A DNA stretch of 64,000 bases from an uncultured Christensenella sp. GTDB taxonomy: Bacteria > Bacillota > Clostridia > Christensenellales > UBA3700. Location of the stretch: positions 205,651 to 269,650 of the forward strand of contig CAJUEA010000001.1 in assembly GCA_910584975.1 (NCBI GenBank). The letters run 5' to 3'. Shown piece after piece: positions 11,088 to 20,346 of this stretch (its first letter is position 1; every line of letters starts with the position of its first letter). Made by a program: the position numbers and the translations under genes. Under the pieces are notes generated by a model. It saw only the letters and a list, made by a program, of their open reading frames with translations. It ran no database searches and had not been told where the DNA came from.

Positions 11088-13055
11088 ATGTCTGAAAAGT
11101 ATTACATTACAACACCAATTTATTATCCAAGTGGAAAGTGGCACTTGGGAACTTGCTATACCACAGTTATCTGTGATGCGATTGCCAGATTTAAACGAAT
11201 GCAAGGTAAGGATGTATTTTATCTGACTGGAACAGATGAGCACGGACAAAAAATTGAAAAGGTAGCAGCAGAGCACAACACTCCTACCAAAGAATATATT
11301 GACAAAGTAGTAACAGATTTGAAAAACTTGTGGGAGCTGCTTGACATAAGCTATGACAAGTTTATTCGTACTACTGATGATTATCACGAAAAAGCTGTGC
11401 AAAAAATATTCACGAAACTTTATGAGCAAGGGGATATTTATAAAAGTTCATATGAGGGATTGTATTGTACTCCTTGTGAGTCTTATTGGACTGAGGCTCA
11501 ACTTGTGGATGGCAAATGCCCTGATTGTGGCAGACCTGTGGAAATTATGAAGGAAGAAAGCTACTTTTTCCGTCTTTCAAAATATCAAGATAGATTGATA
11601 AAATTGCTTGAGGAAAACACTGAGTTTTTGCAACCTGCAACAAGACAAAAAGAAATGATAAACAACTTTTTAAAACCGGGCTTGCAAGATTTGTGCGTGT
11701 CAAGAACATCTTTTCAATGGGGTGTTCAAGTTCCGTTTGACCCAAAACATGTTGTTTATGTTTGGATTGATGCTTTGACAAATTATATCACAGCTTTGGG
11801 ATATGGTTCAGAAAATGACGAACTGTTCAAAAAGTATTGGCCTGCTGATTTGCATATGATCGGAAAGGAAATTGTTAGGTTCCACAGCATTATTTGGCCT
11901 GCAATTTTAATGGCACTTGATTTGCCATTGCCAAAAAAAGTCTATGGACATGGCTGGTTGATGCTTGGCAGTGACAAAATCAGCAAGAGTAAAGGCAACA
12001 TTATTGACCCATTCATTTTGAGTGAAAGATATTCTTTGGATGCAGTAAGATATTATTTGCTAAGAGAAATACCTTTTGGACAAGACGGAATGTATTCAAA
12101 CAAAGCCTTTTTGTCAAGAATAAACAGCGACCTTGTAAATGACCTTGGCAACCTTGTTTCAAGAACAACTGCAATGGTTGAACAATATTTTGGTGGAGTA
12201 ATTCCTGCACCTCAAACTGCAACTGAATTTGACAGCAGTTTGATTGAAGTTGCAACAAGCACTTATGCAAAAATAAGTGAAAATGTTGACAATTTGCTTA
12301 TTCCTGAGGCAATTGAAAACATTTGGGCGATTATTAGGCGTGCAAACAAGTATATTGACGAAACTTGTCCTTGGATTTTGGCAAAAGACGAGCAAAAGCG
12401 AGGAGAACTTGCAACCGTTATATACAACTTGTGTGAGTGCATAAGATTTTCAAATGTATTCTTGCAAGCATTTTTAACAGAATGTCCGTCAAAGATTTTT
12501 GAAAAATTAGGTATTACTGACAAAAATCTAATGAACTTGAAATCTATTAAAAAGTTTGGCACATTAACTCCTGGCTTAAAAGTTACAAAAGGAGAGGCAT
12601 TGTTCAAGAGAATAGATATTGAAAAAGAATTGAAAGAGCTTGAAAAAATTGCTGAAAGCACAGCAAAACAAGCAAAAGCAGAAAAAAAGGAAGAGAAAAA
12701 AGTGGAAGAAAATGTTTTGAATATAAGCGAAATTACCATTGAGGATTTTGCAAAAGTGGTGCTAAAAGTCGGCAAAGTTACAGCTTGTGAAAAGGTGAAA
12801 AAGGCAGACAAATTGCTAAAACTTACTGTTGATTTGGGCGAAGAAAAAGCAAGGACAATTGTAAGTGGTATTGCAAAATGGTACACTCCAGAGCAAATGA
12901 TTGGAAAGAGTATTGTTGTTGTCAGCAACCTAAAACCTGCAAAACTTCGTGGAATTTTGAGCGAAGGAATGATTCTTTGTGCAAGTGATGATGAGGGCAA
13001 CTTGAGCATTGTTGCTCCTATCACAAATATCAAAGCAGGCAGTGAGGTAAGATAA
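11088..13055 (+). CDS. metG: methionine--tRNA ligase with C-terminal tRNA-binding (EMAP-like) domain
   Basis: Start at ATG 11088 after AAAAGGAG. Class I synthetase motifs (YYPSGKWHLG HIGH-like, KISKSKG KMSKS) and a CPDCG zinc knuckle. Confidence 0.93.
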   Translation: MSEKYYITTPIYYPSGKWHLGTCYTTVICDAIARFKRMQGKDVFYLTGTDEHGQKIEKVAAEHNTPTKEYIDKVVTDLKNLWELLDISYDKFIRTTDDYHEKAVQKIFTKLYEQGDIYKSSYEGLYCTPCESYWTEAQLVDGKCPDCGRPVEIMKEESYFFRLSKYQDRLIKLLEENTEFLQPATRQKEMINNFLKPGLQDLCVSRTSFQWGVQVPFDPKHVVYVWIDALTNYITALGYGSENDELFKKYWPADLHMIGKEIVRFHSIIWPAILMALDLPLPKKVYGHGWLMLGSDKISKSKGNIIDPFILSERYSLDAVRYYLLREIPFGQDGMYSNKAFLSRINSDLVNDLGNLVSRTTAMVEQYFGGVIPAPQTATEFDSSLIEVATSTYAKISENVDNLLIPEAIENIWAIIRRANKYIDETCPWILAKDEQKRGELATVIYNLCECIRFSNVFLQAFLTECPSKIFEKLGITDKNLMNLKSIKKFGTLTPGLKVTKGEALFKRIDIEKELKELEKIAESTAKQAKAEKKEEKKVEENVLNISEITIEDFAKVVLKVGKVTACEKVKKADKLLKLTVDLGEEKARTIVSGIAKWYTPEQMIGKSIVVVSNLKPAKLRGILSEGMILCASDDEGNLSIVAPITNIKAGSEVR

Positions 13056-13819
13056 TGCTTATTGATTCTCATGCACATTTGCTTGACGAAAGGTTAAAAG
13101 ATCACATTGCAGAAATTGTTGGGGAGTACCCTGCAAATGATGTGGAAATAAGTGTGGAGATTGGCGCAGATATGCAGTCTTCGCGTGGGGCAGTGGCACT
13201 TGCAAACAGCTATGACAACATTTATGCTGTTGTGGGATTGCATCCTGAAAGTGCAGAAAGCGCAACGGATAAAGATATTGAGGAAATTGCAATTCTTGCC
13301 AAAAATAAAAAGGTTGTTGCCATTGGCGAAATTGGATTGGATTATCACTACGATTACGATAAAACCATTCAAAAATCGGTACTAATCAAACAAATTATGC
13401 TTGCAGACAAGTTGAATTTGCCAATTGTTATTCATTTGCGTGACGCATATCAAGATATGGAAAACATCTTTGCAGAGTGCAAAAATTATATCAATAATGG
13501 TGTGCTTTTGCATTGCTATTCAGGCAGTAAAGAAATGCTTGACAGATTTGCTTTTCTTGACCCTTATTATGCTTTTGGTGGTGCAATAACTTTTAAAAAC
13601 AATAATAGGGCAGATGTCATTCGTGCAGTCAAAAAGGATAGACTTGTTATTGAAACTGATTGTCCGTATTTGACGCCTGAGCCTAACAGAGGAAAAATCA
13701 ACACCCCAAACAATCTGAAATATATCGCAAAAAGAATGGCTGACGATTTGGGGATTTCTTATGAAGAATTGTCAGAGCTGACCTATCAAAACACAAAAAG
13801 ATTTTATCGCATAAAATAA
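13055..13819 (+). CDS. tatD: TatD family metal-dependent hydrolase (YabD-like)
   Basis: MLIDSHAHL N-terminus and EIGLDYHY motif. 1-nt overlap with the metG stop. Same order as B. subtilis metS-yabD. Confidence 0.88.
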   Translation: MLIDSHAHLLDERLKDHIAEIVGEYPANDVEISVEIGADMQSSRGAVALANSYDNIYAVVGLHPESAESATDKDIEEIAILAKNKKVVAIGEIGLDYHYDYDKTIQKSVLIKQIMLADKLNLPIVIHLRDAYQDMENIFAECKNYINNGVLLHCYSGSKEMLDRFAFLDPYYAFGGAITFKNNNRADVIRAVKKDRLVIETDCPYLTPEPNRGKINTPNNLKYIAKRMADDLGISYEELSELTYQNTKRFYRIK

Positions 13820-13827
13820 AGGACAAA

Positions 13828-14424
13828 ATGGATACAATAACTTATCAAATTGGGAATGGTGTTTATATCAACTTAACAAACAAATGCAGCAATGACTGCG
13901 TATTCTGCGAAAGAAATAGAATTTCTGGCGTGGAAGGATATTATTTGTGGTTGAAAAATGAGCCTACAGCTGAAATGGTAATTGAAAATCTTAAAACATA
14001 TGATTTGAAAGATTTTGACGAGGTTATTTTTTGTGGTTTTGGCGAGCCAACTTATAGATGGAATGAAATCAAAGAGGTGGCTGATTTTGCTCATTCAATA
14101 GGAAAAAGCACAAGACTTAACACAAATGGACAAGGCAATTTGATAAATGGTTATGACATAACTCAAGAAATTGCAAATTATATTGACAAAGTGAATGTCA
14201 GCTTAAACAACGGAAATAGCAAACGCTATAATGAGGATAATCACTCGATTTTTGGGGAAGTTGCTTTTCAAGAAATTCAAAATTTTGCTAAAAAATGCAT
14301 TGAAAAGGGAGTGCATACAACTTTTAGTGTGGTGGATTGCATATCAAAAGAGGAAATTGAGGCAGCAAGACAAATTGCTCTTGCGATTGGAGCAAATTTC
14401 AGAGTTCGCGAGGAAATCAAATGA
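13828..14424 (+). CDS. TatD-associated radical SAM protein
   Basis: 198 aa. CSNDCVFC (CxxxCxxC) cluster near the N-terminus. Wedged between tatD and rsmA. Confidence 0.7.
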   Translation: MDTITYQIGNGVYINLTNKCSNDCVFCERNRISGVEGYYLWLKNEPTAEMVIENLKTYDLKDFDEVIFCGFGEPTYRWNEIKEVADFAHSIGKSTRLNTNGQGNLINGYDITQEIANYIDKVNVSLNNGNSKRYNEDNHSIFGEVAFQEIQNFAKKCIEKGVHTTFSVVDCISKEEIEAARQIALAIGANFRVREEIK

Positions 14425-15239
14425 GCAATATCGAAAATGTTTTGAGAGAAAAAAACTTTAGATTTAACAAACAATTCGGACAAAACTTTATCACCGATAC
14501 AAATTTGCTTGATGCAATGGTGGCAGATAGTGGCGTTACAGCTGACGATGTTGTTGTGGAAATCGGTGCAGGTGCAGGCACTTTGACAAGAGCGATTGCA
14601 AAGGTTGCCAAAAAAGTAATATCATTTGAAATTGACAGAAACTTAAAAGAGGTGTTGGATGTCACTTTGCAAGGGCTTGACAATGTTGAAGTTGTTTTTC
14701 GTGATATAATGAAAGTTACTGATGAGGAAATAAAAAGCCTTGTAGTAGAAAATTTTAAGGTTGTTGCAAACTTGCCATATTACATTACTACGCCAATCAT
14801 AATGAGGTTTTTGGAGTGTGATTTAAAGCCACAAACATTGTCGATTATGGTGCAAAAAGAAGTTGCAGAGCGACTTGTTGCAAAGGCAGGCACGGCAGAA
14901 TATGGTGCGATAACAGCAGTGGTTGACCTTTATGCAAACGCAAAGATAACTCGAATTGTTGGCAAAAACAACTTTTATCCTGTGCCAAAGGTGGATAGTG
15001 CAGTTATTCGTCTTGATATTTGCGATAAAAAGTACGATTGCAACAAAAACAAGGTTAAGCAAATTGTAAAAGCAAGCTTTGCAATGCGGCGTAAAACTTT
15101 GGTTAACAATCTTATGGCTTTAGGCTTGTCAAGGGAGTGTGTGGAAAGTGCTTTAACGCAACTTGGTTTTGATGTTCGAGTGCGTGGCGAGGTGCTTCAA
15201 GTAGCTGACTTTATTGGTTTAGCCAATATTTTGCTATAA
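14421..15239 (+). CDS. rsmA: 16S rRNA (adenine1518/1519-N6)-dimethyltransferase
   Basis: FGQNFI and VVEIGAGAGTLT SAM motifs. NLPYYITTPI motif. ATGA overlap with the upstream gene. Confidence 0.92.
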   Translation: MSNIENVLREKNFRFNKQFGQNFITDTNLLDAMVADSGVTADDVVVEIGAGAGTLTRAIAKVAKKVISFEIDRNLKEVLDVTLQGLDNVEVVFRDIMKVTDEEIKSLVVENFKVVANLPYYITTPIIMRFLECDLKPQTLSIMVQKEVAERLVAKAGTAEYGAITAVVDLYANAKITRIVGKNNFYPVPKVDSAVIRLDICDKKYDCNKNKVKQIVKASFAMRRKTLVNNLMALGLSRECVESALTQLGFDVRVRGEVLQVADFIGLANILL

Positions 15240-15399
15240 GAAAAAATGCATTGTAACACAAAATAAAAGATTAGTGTAAAAATGTAATGATAAGTTAAAA
15301 ATATTTAAATTTTTTGTAAATTTTGTTTAATTTTTCACACTTAGGAATATTTTGTTGTATAATGTAAATATAAATATATTTTTATTTATGGAGGGTTAT

Positions 15400-15972
15400 A
15401 TGAAAAAGAAGTTAGTTTTGATTGTAGCAGTTGTTTTAATTGCTATCACAGCTTGTGCTTGTCTTGCTGGTTGCGTTCCAAACAGACCTGATAGGTATAT
15501 GGGTACTTGGCTTACAAGCAAACATAAAGCTTTGGTTGTTGCTGGAATGGAGTTTGGTATTGACGGCTCAAAATTGCAAGCAAAAATAAGTGATGATTTA
15601 CTTGTTATTTTTGAAGAAAAGGGTGATTCTTTGAATATGTATGTAAAAACTGGTGACAACTGGACTGCCTCTTCAATTACTGTTGAAGATGCAAAGAAAG
15701 ATACTAATGGTAAATACTATGAGCAAATCAAAGAATCTTTAAATAGTGATGAGGCGAAAGAAACCGCTGAGAAAATCCAAGAGAACTTCACTGAACTTTA
15801 TGAAGAGAAAGATGGTTGGTGGTCTTTGAAATCTGACCCAACTGGTTTGACTGGTGCAATGAAGGTTGATGGTAATGATTTTAAAGTAAAAATTGCAGGT
15901 ATTGAAACTACAACAATGATTTTGAACTACAAAATCAGCATCCCAGCAGAAGCTAAAGCTGCTTTGAAATAA
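15400..15972 (+). CDS. putative lipoprotein
   Basis: MKKKLVLIVAVVLIAITACACLAGC lipobox. GGAGGG RBS. Confidence 0.6.
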   Translation: MKKKLVLIVAVVLIAITACACLAGCVPNRPDRYMGTWLTSKHKALVVAGMEFGIDGSKLQAKISDDLLVIFEEKGDSLNMYVKTGDNWTASSITVEDAKKDTNGKYYEQIKESLNSDEAKETAEKIQENFTELYEEKDGWWSLKSDPTGLTGAMKVDGNDFKVKIAGIETTTMILNYKISIPAEAKAALK

Positions 15973-16201
15973 CATTAAATTAACTTTAAAAATAACAAAA
16001 TTATCTCTTGTGCAAGCAGGAGATATTTTGTTTTATTAGACTAAAATTTGCTAGCATCTCGATGGCACAAGTAAAAATTGTGGGCAAAATGTGTATGACA
16101 AGTAAGTTATGTAAAATTAAGTTAAAGTTTTAAAATTTTTAATAAAAATTATAAAAAAAGGTATATAATGAAGATAGACTTTGGGTTGGAGGAAAATATT
16201 G

Positions 16202-17170
16202 ATGAAAAAATTGAAATTGACTTTGGCTGTGCTTCTTACTTTTGCAATAACTTGTGCATTGCTTATTGGTTGTACGCCAGGTAAGCCAGTTGATTATATG
16301 ACTAAATGGACAGAAACCAAAAACAAGAGCTATACAGAAGTTTATTATAGTGATGAGGCTCAAGTTTTTGATGAAACTACTGGAGAACCAAAACCTGCTG
16401 AATTCGGTGGAACTACTAAGGTTGAGACTACATTAATCAAAAATGAAAGCAAAATGATGCTAAAAATGGTTAGCATTACTAATTTGAAAGATAAAAATGG
16501 TAAAGATTCAATCACTGATGATATTAAGCCAGCTTATGCTTTGATATTTGAATTGAATAAAGAAGGCAAATACAACTTGTATGAGTATAAATTGGAAGTT
16601 GTAAAAGAAGGCGATAAGTTTGTTGAAAAAGGCAAATGGACAGCAACTCAAGAGACAAAAGAAAATGTTGAAAGTGGAAATTATGATTTTGGTTACTATA
16701 CATATTCTGCATTGATTGATCAACTTAAAGATTGCGATGAAGAATTTGCAGAAATGAAAGAAGATTTTGAGACAAAATATCCAAAAGAGAAAGGCAAATA
16801 TATTCATACTTTTGAAGATAGTTCAAAACAAACAATTCAAATCAAATCAGGTGAAATGATTATTGATAATATTGACAAAGATGAAAAACTTTCAAGCAGT
16901 GAAAGATTTGTTATAGGCGACAAAATTACAATTGCAAGTGGTGCAAAAGATGCTTTGACAGCTTATCTTGAAACAACTGATGGCACATTTGTAAAAGTAG
17001 AATCTGATGTATATTATATTAGTGTTAATGGTGCTGAATACAAAGTTAACAACAAAGTTGCAGGTTATGACATTTTGAAAGATGCAAAAGCAGGAGATGT
17101 TATTTCTGTAAGACTAACAAAAAATTTCTTTGGCAAATACTCTATTAAAGAAGTTTATGCTATCAAGTAA
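16202..17170 (+). CDS. putative lipoprotein
   Basis: MKKLKLTLAVLLTFAITCALLIGC lipobox. The mature N-terminus weakly resembles the preceding lipoprotein. Confidence 0.6.
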   Translation: MKKLKLTLAVLLTFAITCALLIGCTPGKPVDYMTKWTETKNKSYTEVYYSDEAQVFDETTGEPKPAEFGGTTKVETTLIKNESKMMLKMVSITNLKDKNGKDSITDDIKPAYALIFELNKEGKYNLYEYKLEVVKEGDKFVEKGKWTATQETKENVESGNYDFGYYTYSALIDQLKDCDEEFAEMKEDFETKYPKEKGKYIHTFEDSSKQTIQIKSGEMIIDNIDKDEKLSSSERFVIGDKITIASGAKDALTAYLETTDGTFVKVESDVYYISVNGAEYKVNNKVAGYDILKDAKAGDVISVRLTKNFFGKYSIKEVYAIK

Positions 17171-17202
17171 TTTAAAGTCAATACAATTTTAATTTGAAAT
17201 AA

Positions 17203-17233
17203 AAAATATCCCGAATTTTCGGGATATTTTTTC
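17203..17233 (+). terminator. intrinsic terminator
   Basis: Perfect stem aaaatatcccgaa/ttcgggatatttt followed by a T-run. Confidence 0.85.
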
Positions 17234-17420
17234 TTTGTAAAAATGTGTTTTTTATGTGTTTTTTTTGCAAAAGATTTTAATATCAAACAGCTTTTTTCTG
17301 AAAAACACAATTTTTATGCAAAATAGCATATATTTATTATGAAATGCATAAATAGTATTAAAAAATAGCTTGTTTTTGGCTCCTTTTTAGGGAAAAGTGC
17401 AACATTTAGCCTAAAATGGG

Positions 17421-17449
17421 TTGAATTTTACTTGCAAATATGTTAGAAT
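17421..17449 (+). promoter_or_regulatory. sigma-A-type promoter
   Basis: TTGAAT, 17 nt, TGtTAGAAT, about 28 nt upstream of the 17478 ATG. Confidence 0.5.
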
Positions 17450-17477
17450 GTAGCTATTAAGTTATGAAGGAGATTTT

Positions 17478-18377
17478 ATGAATATTAACGATTATATCAA
17501 AGCAAATTGGGTGCTTTTTAAGCAGATTTACAATGACGATATCGTTCTGGATGCTGTGAGAAAGGAGATAAACAGCGATTCAAAAAAGCTGATTAAATAT
17601 AGTGAGGCATTGCTTGACGGGAAATGGTCAAAGCTTGAGGGGATGCCACCACTCTTTATTTTGTCAACTTTGGCGATATCTTTAAAGCCTGTTTTTGACA
17701 AGTTTATTAAAATGGGATTTAGCGAAAGTGTTTTTTATGACACAATGTCAGATGTGAAAATTTGGGGAGAAGATTATCGTACGCACCATAATGGGGATAT
17801 CGGTGTTACGGAAATAAATTGGTTGCAATTACATTTTTCTTGTCAGATTTTCAAAATTGGAAGATTGCAATATCAAATTTCAAAATATTATTTTGAAAAA
17901 TCTACTGAGTATAATGGTGTAACTTTGAAATATGGGGATAGATGCTACAACATTCATATTCCAAGAGGTGCAAAGCTTGACAGCGTTAGTTGCAAAAAAT
18001 CCATTACTTTGGCAATTGACACTTTGGAGGATATTTTTAGGGATATTCAAACAGATATTATGATGTGCCATAGTTGGTTGCTTAGCCCTTACAATCAAAA
18101 ATTTGTGGCTCCAAACAGCAACATTGCTAAGTTTGCAAAAATGTTTAAAATTGTTGGTGAAAGTGACGAGGTTGAACAACATTTCCGTTGGATATTTGAT
18201 ATTCGTGAGGATAATAAAATTTTTGCAAAATGCAAGAAGAAAAATGGTTACTATTACAATTTGGAAAACTTTACTCCAAAAACTTCATTGCAAGCGGCTG
18301 CCAAAAATTACATTATGGCAGGTGGCGAATTAAGTGTTGGCAAGGGATTGATTGACACAAAAGACATTATTGGCTGA
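17478..18377 (+). CDS. uncharacterised protein, possibly of the N-acyltransferase-like (NAT_N/GNAT_C, DUF5596) family
   Basis: 299 aa. AAGGAG RBS. Family assignment is from memory of similar Clostridial proteins only. Confidence 0.4.
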   Translation: MNINDYIKANWVLFKQIYNDDIVLDAVRKEINSDSKKLIKYSEALLDGKWSKLEGMPPLFILSTLAISLKPVFDKFIKMGFSESVFYDTMSDVKIWGEDYRTHHNGDIGVTEINWLQLHFSCQIFKIGRLQYQISKYYFEKSTEYNGVTLKYGDRCYNIHIPRGAKLDSVSCKKSITLAIDTLEDIFRDIQTDIMMCHSWLLSPYNQKFVAPNSNIAKFAKMFKIVGESDEVEQHFRWIFDIREDNKIFAKCKKKNGYYYNLENFTPKTSLQAAAKNYIMAGGELSVGKGLIDTKDIIG

Positions 18378-18378
18378 T

Positions 18379-19005
18379 ATGAAAAAAAGAGATTTGTTGT
18401 TGTATCTTGTCACTGATAGCGCAATGGCTGCTGGCAGATTGACTGAGATTGTGCAATCGGCTGTTGAGTCAGGTGTGACAATGGTACAACTCAGGGAAAA
18501 GTCAGCAAGTTTTGATGAATTTTGCCATAAGGCACAAGCTTTAAAAAGCATTTGTGACAAATATAATGTTCCTTTGATAATAAATGATAATATTGATGTT
18601 TGTCTTGCTGTTGGAGCAAGTGGCGTTCATCTTGGTAGCAGTGATTGTGATATTGCTACGGCTCGAAAATTGCTTGGCAAGGACAAAATTATTGGTGGCT
18701 CGGCAAGAGATATTCAAACAGCTTTAAAAATTCAAAATGACAGCGCAGATTATTTGGGTGTTGGGGCAGTGTTTGGTACCACAACCAAAAGCGATGCAAA
18801 AGCCATATCTGTGGATATTTTAAAAAATATTTGTCAAAGCGTGGACATTCCTGTTGTTGCCATTGGTGGCGTAAATGAAGGAAATATTGAACTATTAAAA
18901 TCAAGTGGCATCGCAGGGGTTGCAGTTGTATCTTGCATACTAAAGTCTGACAATGTGCAAAATACAACAAAAAATTTGCTTGCAAAATTGCATAAAATTG
19001 TTTGA
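18379..19005 (+). CDS. thiE: thiamine-phosphate synthase
   Basis: Start at ATG 18379, just after the previous stop. LYLVTDS, VQLREK, GVHLG and AIGGV motifs. Confidence 0.88.
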   Translation: MKKRDLLLYLVTDSAMAAGRLTEIVQSAVESGVTMVQLREKSASFDEFCHKAQALKSICDKYNVPLIINDNIDVCLAVGASGVHLGSSDCDIATARKLLGKDKIIGGSARDIQTALKIQNDSADYLGVGAVFGTTTKSDAKAISVDILKNICQSVDIPVVAIGGVNEGNIELLKSSGIAGVAVVSCILKSDNVQNTTKNLLAKLHKIV

Positions 19006-19033
19006 CGAATCACACATTTTCTTTTTAAAAATA

Positions 19034-19062
19034 TTGACTTTTTTGCAGTAAAATGCTAAAAT
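19034..19062 (+). promoter_or_regulatory. sigma-A-type promoter of the thiS operon
   Basis: TTGACT 19034-19039, 17-nt spacer, TAAAAT 19057-19062. Confidence 0.55.
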
Positions 19063-19084
19063 AAAATTGATAAAGGCATATAAA

Positions 19085-19131
19085 TGGGGCACACCACCGA
19101 AAGGGCGTGTTCATTTGTACGCCTTATTTTT
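19085..19131 (+). promoter_or_regulatory. leader hairpin plus overlapping intrinsic terminator; candidate HMP-PP (thiS-motif) riboswitch
   Basis: CACCACC-GAAA-GGGCGTG hairpin. Its 3' arm overlaps the terminator stem GGCGT(19104-19108)/ACGCC(19119-19123), which is followed by a U-run. Lies between the promoter and thiS. Confidence 0.4.
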
Positions 19132-19199
19132 GTTGATTTAGGCAAAAACAGTAAATGATAGACAAAAAGCAACTAAAAAGTTTTTGTATGTGAGGGTAT

Positions 19200-19394
19200 A
19201 TGATTAAAATTAATGGCGAAAAAAAAGAGCTAGCAAATATTAATTTGCTTGATTACTTGCTTAAAAACGGATTCAAAACGGAAGTTTTGGCTGTAGAACT
19301 TAATGGCAGAATTGTTAAAAAAGCAGATTATGCTGTTACAACTTTGTGCGATGGCGACATTGTGGAAATTGTAAGCTTTGTGGGTGGTGGCTGA
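19200..19394 (+). CDS. thiS: sulfur carrier protein ThiS
   Basis: 64 aa ending in GG. Beta-grasp-like sequence. First gene of thiS-F-G-H. Confidence 0.88.
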   Translation: MIKINGEKKELANINLLDYLLKNGFKTEVLAVELNGRIVKKADYAVTTLCDGDIVEIVSFVGGG

Positions 19395-19395
19395 T

Positions 19396-20184
19396 ATGAA
19401 AATTTTTGTAAATGGCAAAGCTGTTGAAGTTGAAACTAACAGCAAAGTTTGTGATATTTTGTCTGGGTATGATGTTTTTGTTCGTAATGGTTACGGAATT
19501 GACAAAAATTCATTGCTTGCAGAGGGCGACAAAATTATTGCTGTCAAAAAAGGAGAAATACCAGACGAGGGCAATTTGAAAGATATGATTTTATCTCGAA
19601 ACGGTGAAGTCAGCAAAAGGCTGGAAAGTGCTTGCGTTTGCATATGTGGTTTGGGTGGGCTTGGCTCAAACATTGCCCAAATGCTTGCAAGGTTAGGTGT
19701 GGGGAGTCTCATTTTGGCAGACTTTGATGTTGTTGACCCAACAAATTTGAACAGACAAAATTATTATATGGATGATATAGGAAGTCTAAAAACTGATGCA
19801 ACAGCACGGATATTAAAAAAAATCAACCCTTATATTAATATCGTCAAAAAAAATGTTTTTGTTTGTGAGGAGAATATTTTGAATATTGTGCAAGATGCAG
19901 ATGTTGTGGTTGAAGCATTTGACAACCCTAAATCAAAAGCATTGTTGGTTAATATTCTGCTTGAGCAAACAGAAAAATATGTTGTGGCAAGTTCGGGTAT
20001 GGCAGGGTATGGCAGTAGCAATATGATAAGGACAAGCAATCCTTTAAAAAGGCTTTATCTGTGTGGGGACAGCACCAGTGAGGCAGCAGAAAGTGTTAGC
20101 CTTATGGCACCTTTGGTAAGTGTTTGTGCAGGACATCAAGCAAATGCAGTGCTAAGAATTTTGCTCGGGCAGTTTGAGATATGA
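19396..20184 (+). CDS. thiF: ThiS adenylyltransferase ThiF with an N-terminal ThiS-like domain
   Basis: E1-like GLGGLGS loop and NLNRQ motif. The first ~55 aa (MKIFVNGKAVEVE...) resemble ThiS/MoaD. Confidence 0.82.
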   Translation: MKIFVNGKAVEVETNSKVCDILSGYDVFVRNGYGIDKNSLLAEGDKIIAVKKGEIPDEGNLKDMILSRNGEVSKRLESACVCICGLGGLGSNIAQMLARLGVGSLILADFDVVDPTNLNRQNYYMDDIGSLKTDATARILKKINPYINIVKKNVFVCEENILNIVQDADVVVEAFDNPKSKALLVNILLEQTEKYVVASSGMAGYGSSNMIRTSNPLKRLYLCGDSTSEAAESVSLMAPLVSVCAGHQANAVLRILLGQFEI

Positions 20185-20308
20185 AAAGAAGATATTGCTA
20201 AAAAGTGATATCATTTGCACTGCAACTTTATTGCTTTAGCAAAGTGAAATTATAATTGAAATTAAAATTTATTTTTACAGATAAAAACTAAAAATAATTG
20301 AAAAAACT

Positions 20309-20325
20309 ATCAAAAATCGATAGTA
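20309..20325 (+). repeat. recurrent 17-nt motif copy (atcaaaaatcgatagta)
   Basis: thiF-thiG intercistronic region. Sits in the spacer of TTGAAA(20298)-17-TAGTAA(20321). Confidence 0.7.
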
Positions 20326-20346
20326 AAAAACAAAAAGGAGTCGTAT

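Noticed and set aside
12263-13078. 271-aa ORF antisense to metG, plus similar long antisense ORFs (20554-21174, 43470-44084, 27845-28237)
   Set aside because: These are low-complexity Ser/Phe/Ile-rich mirror frames of well-supported sense genes, with no independent start signals.
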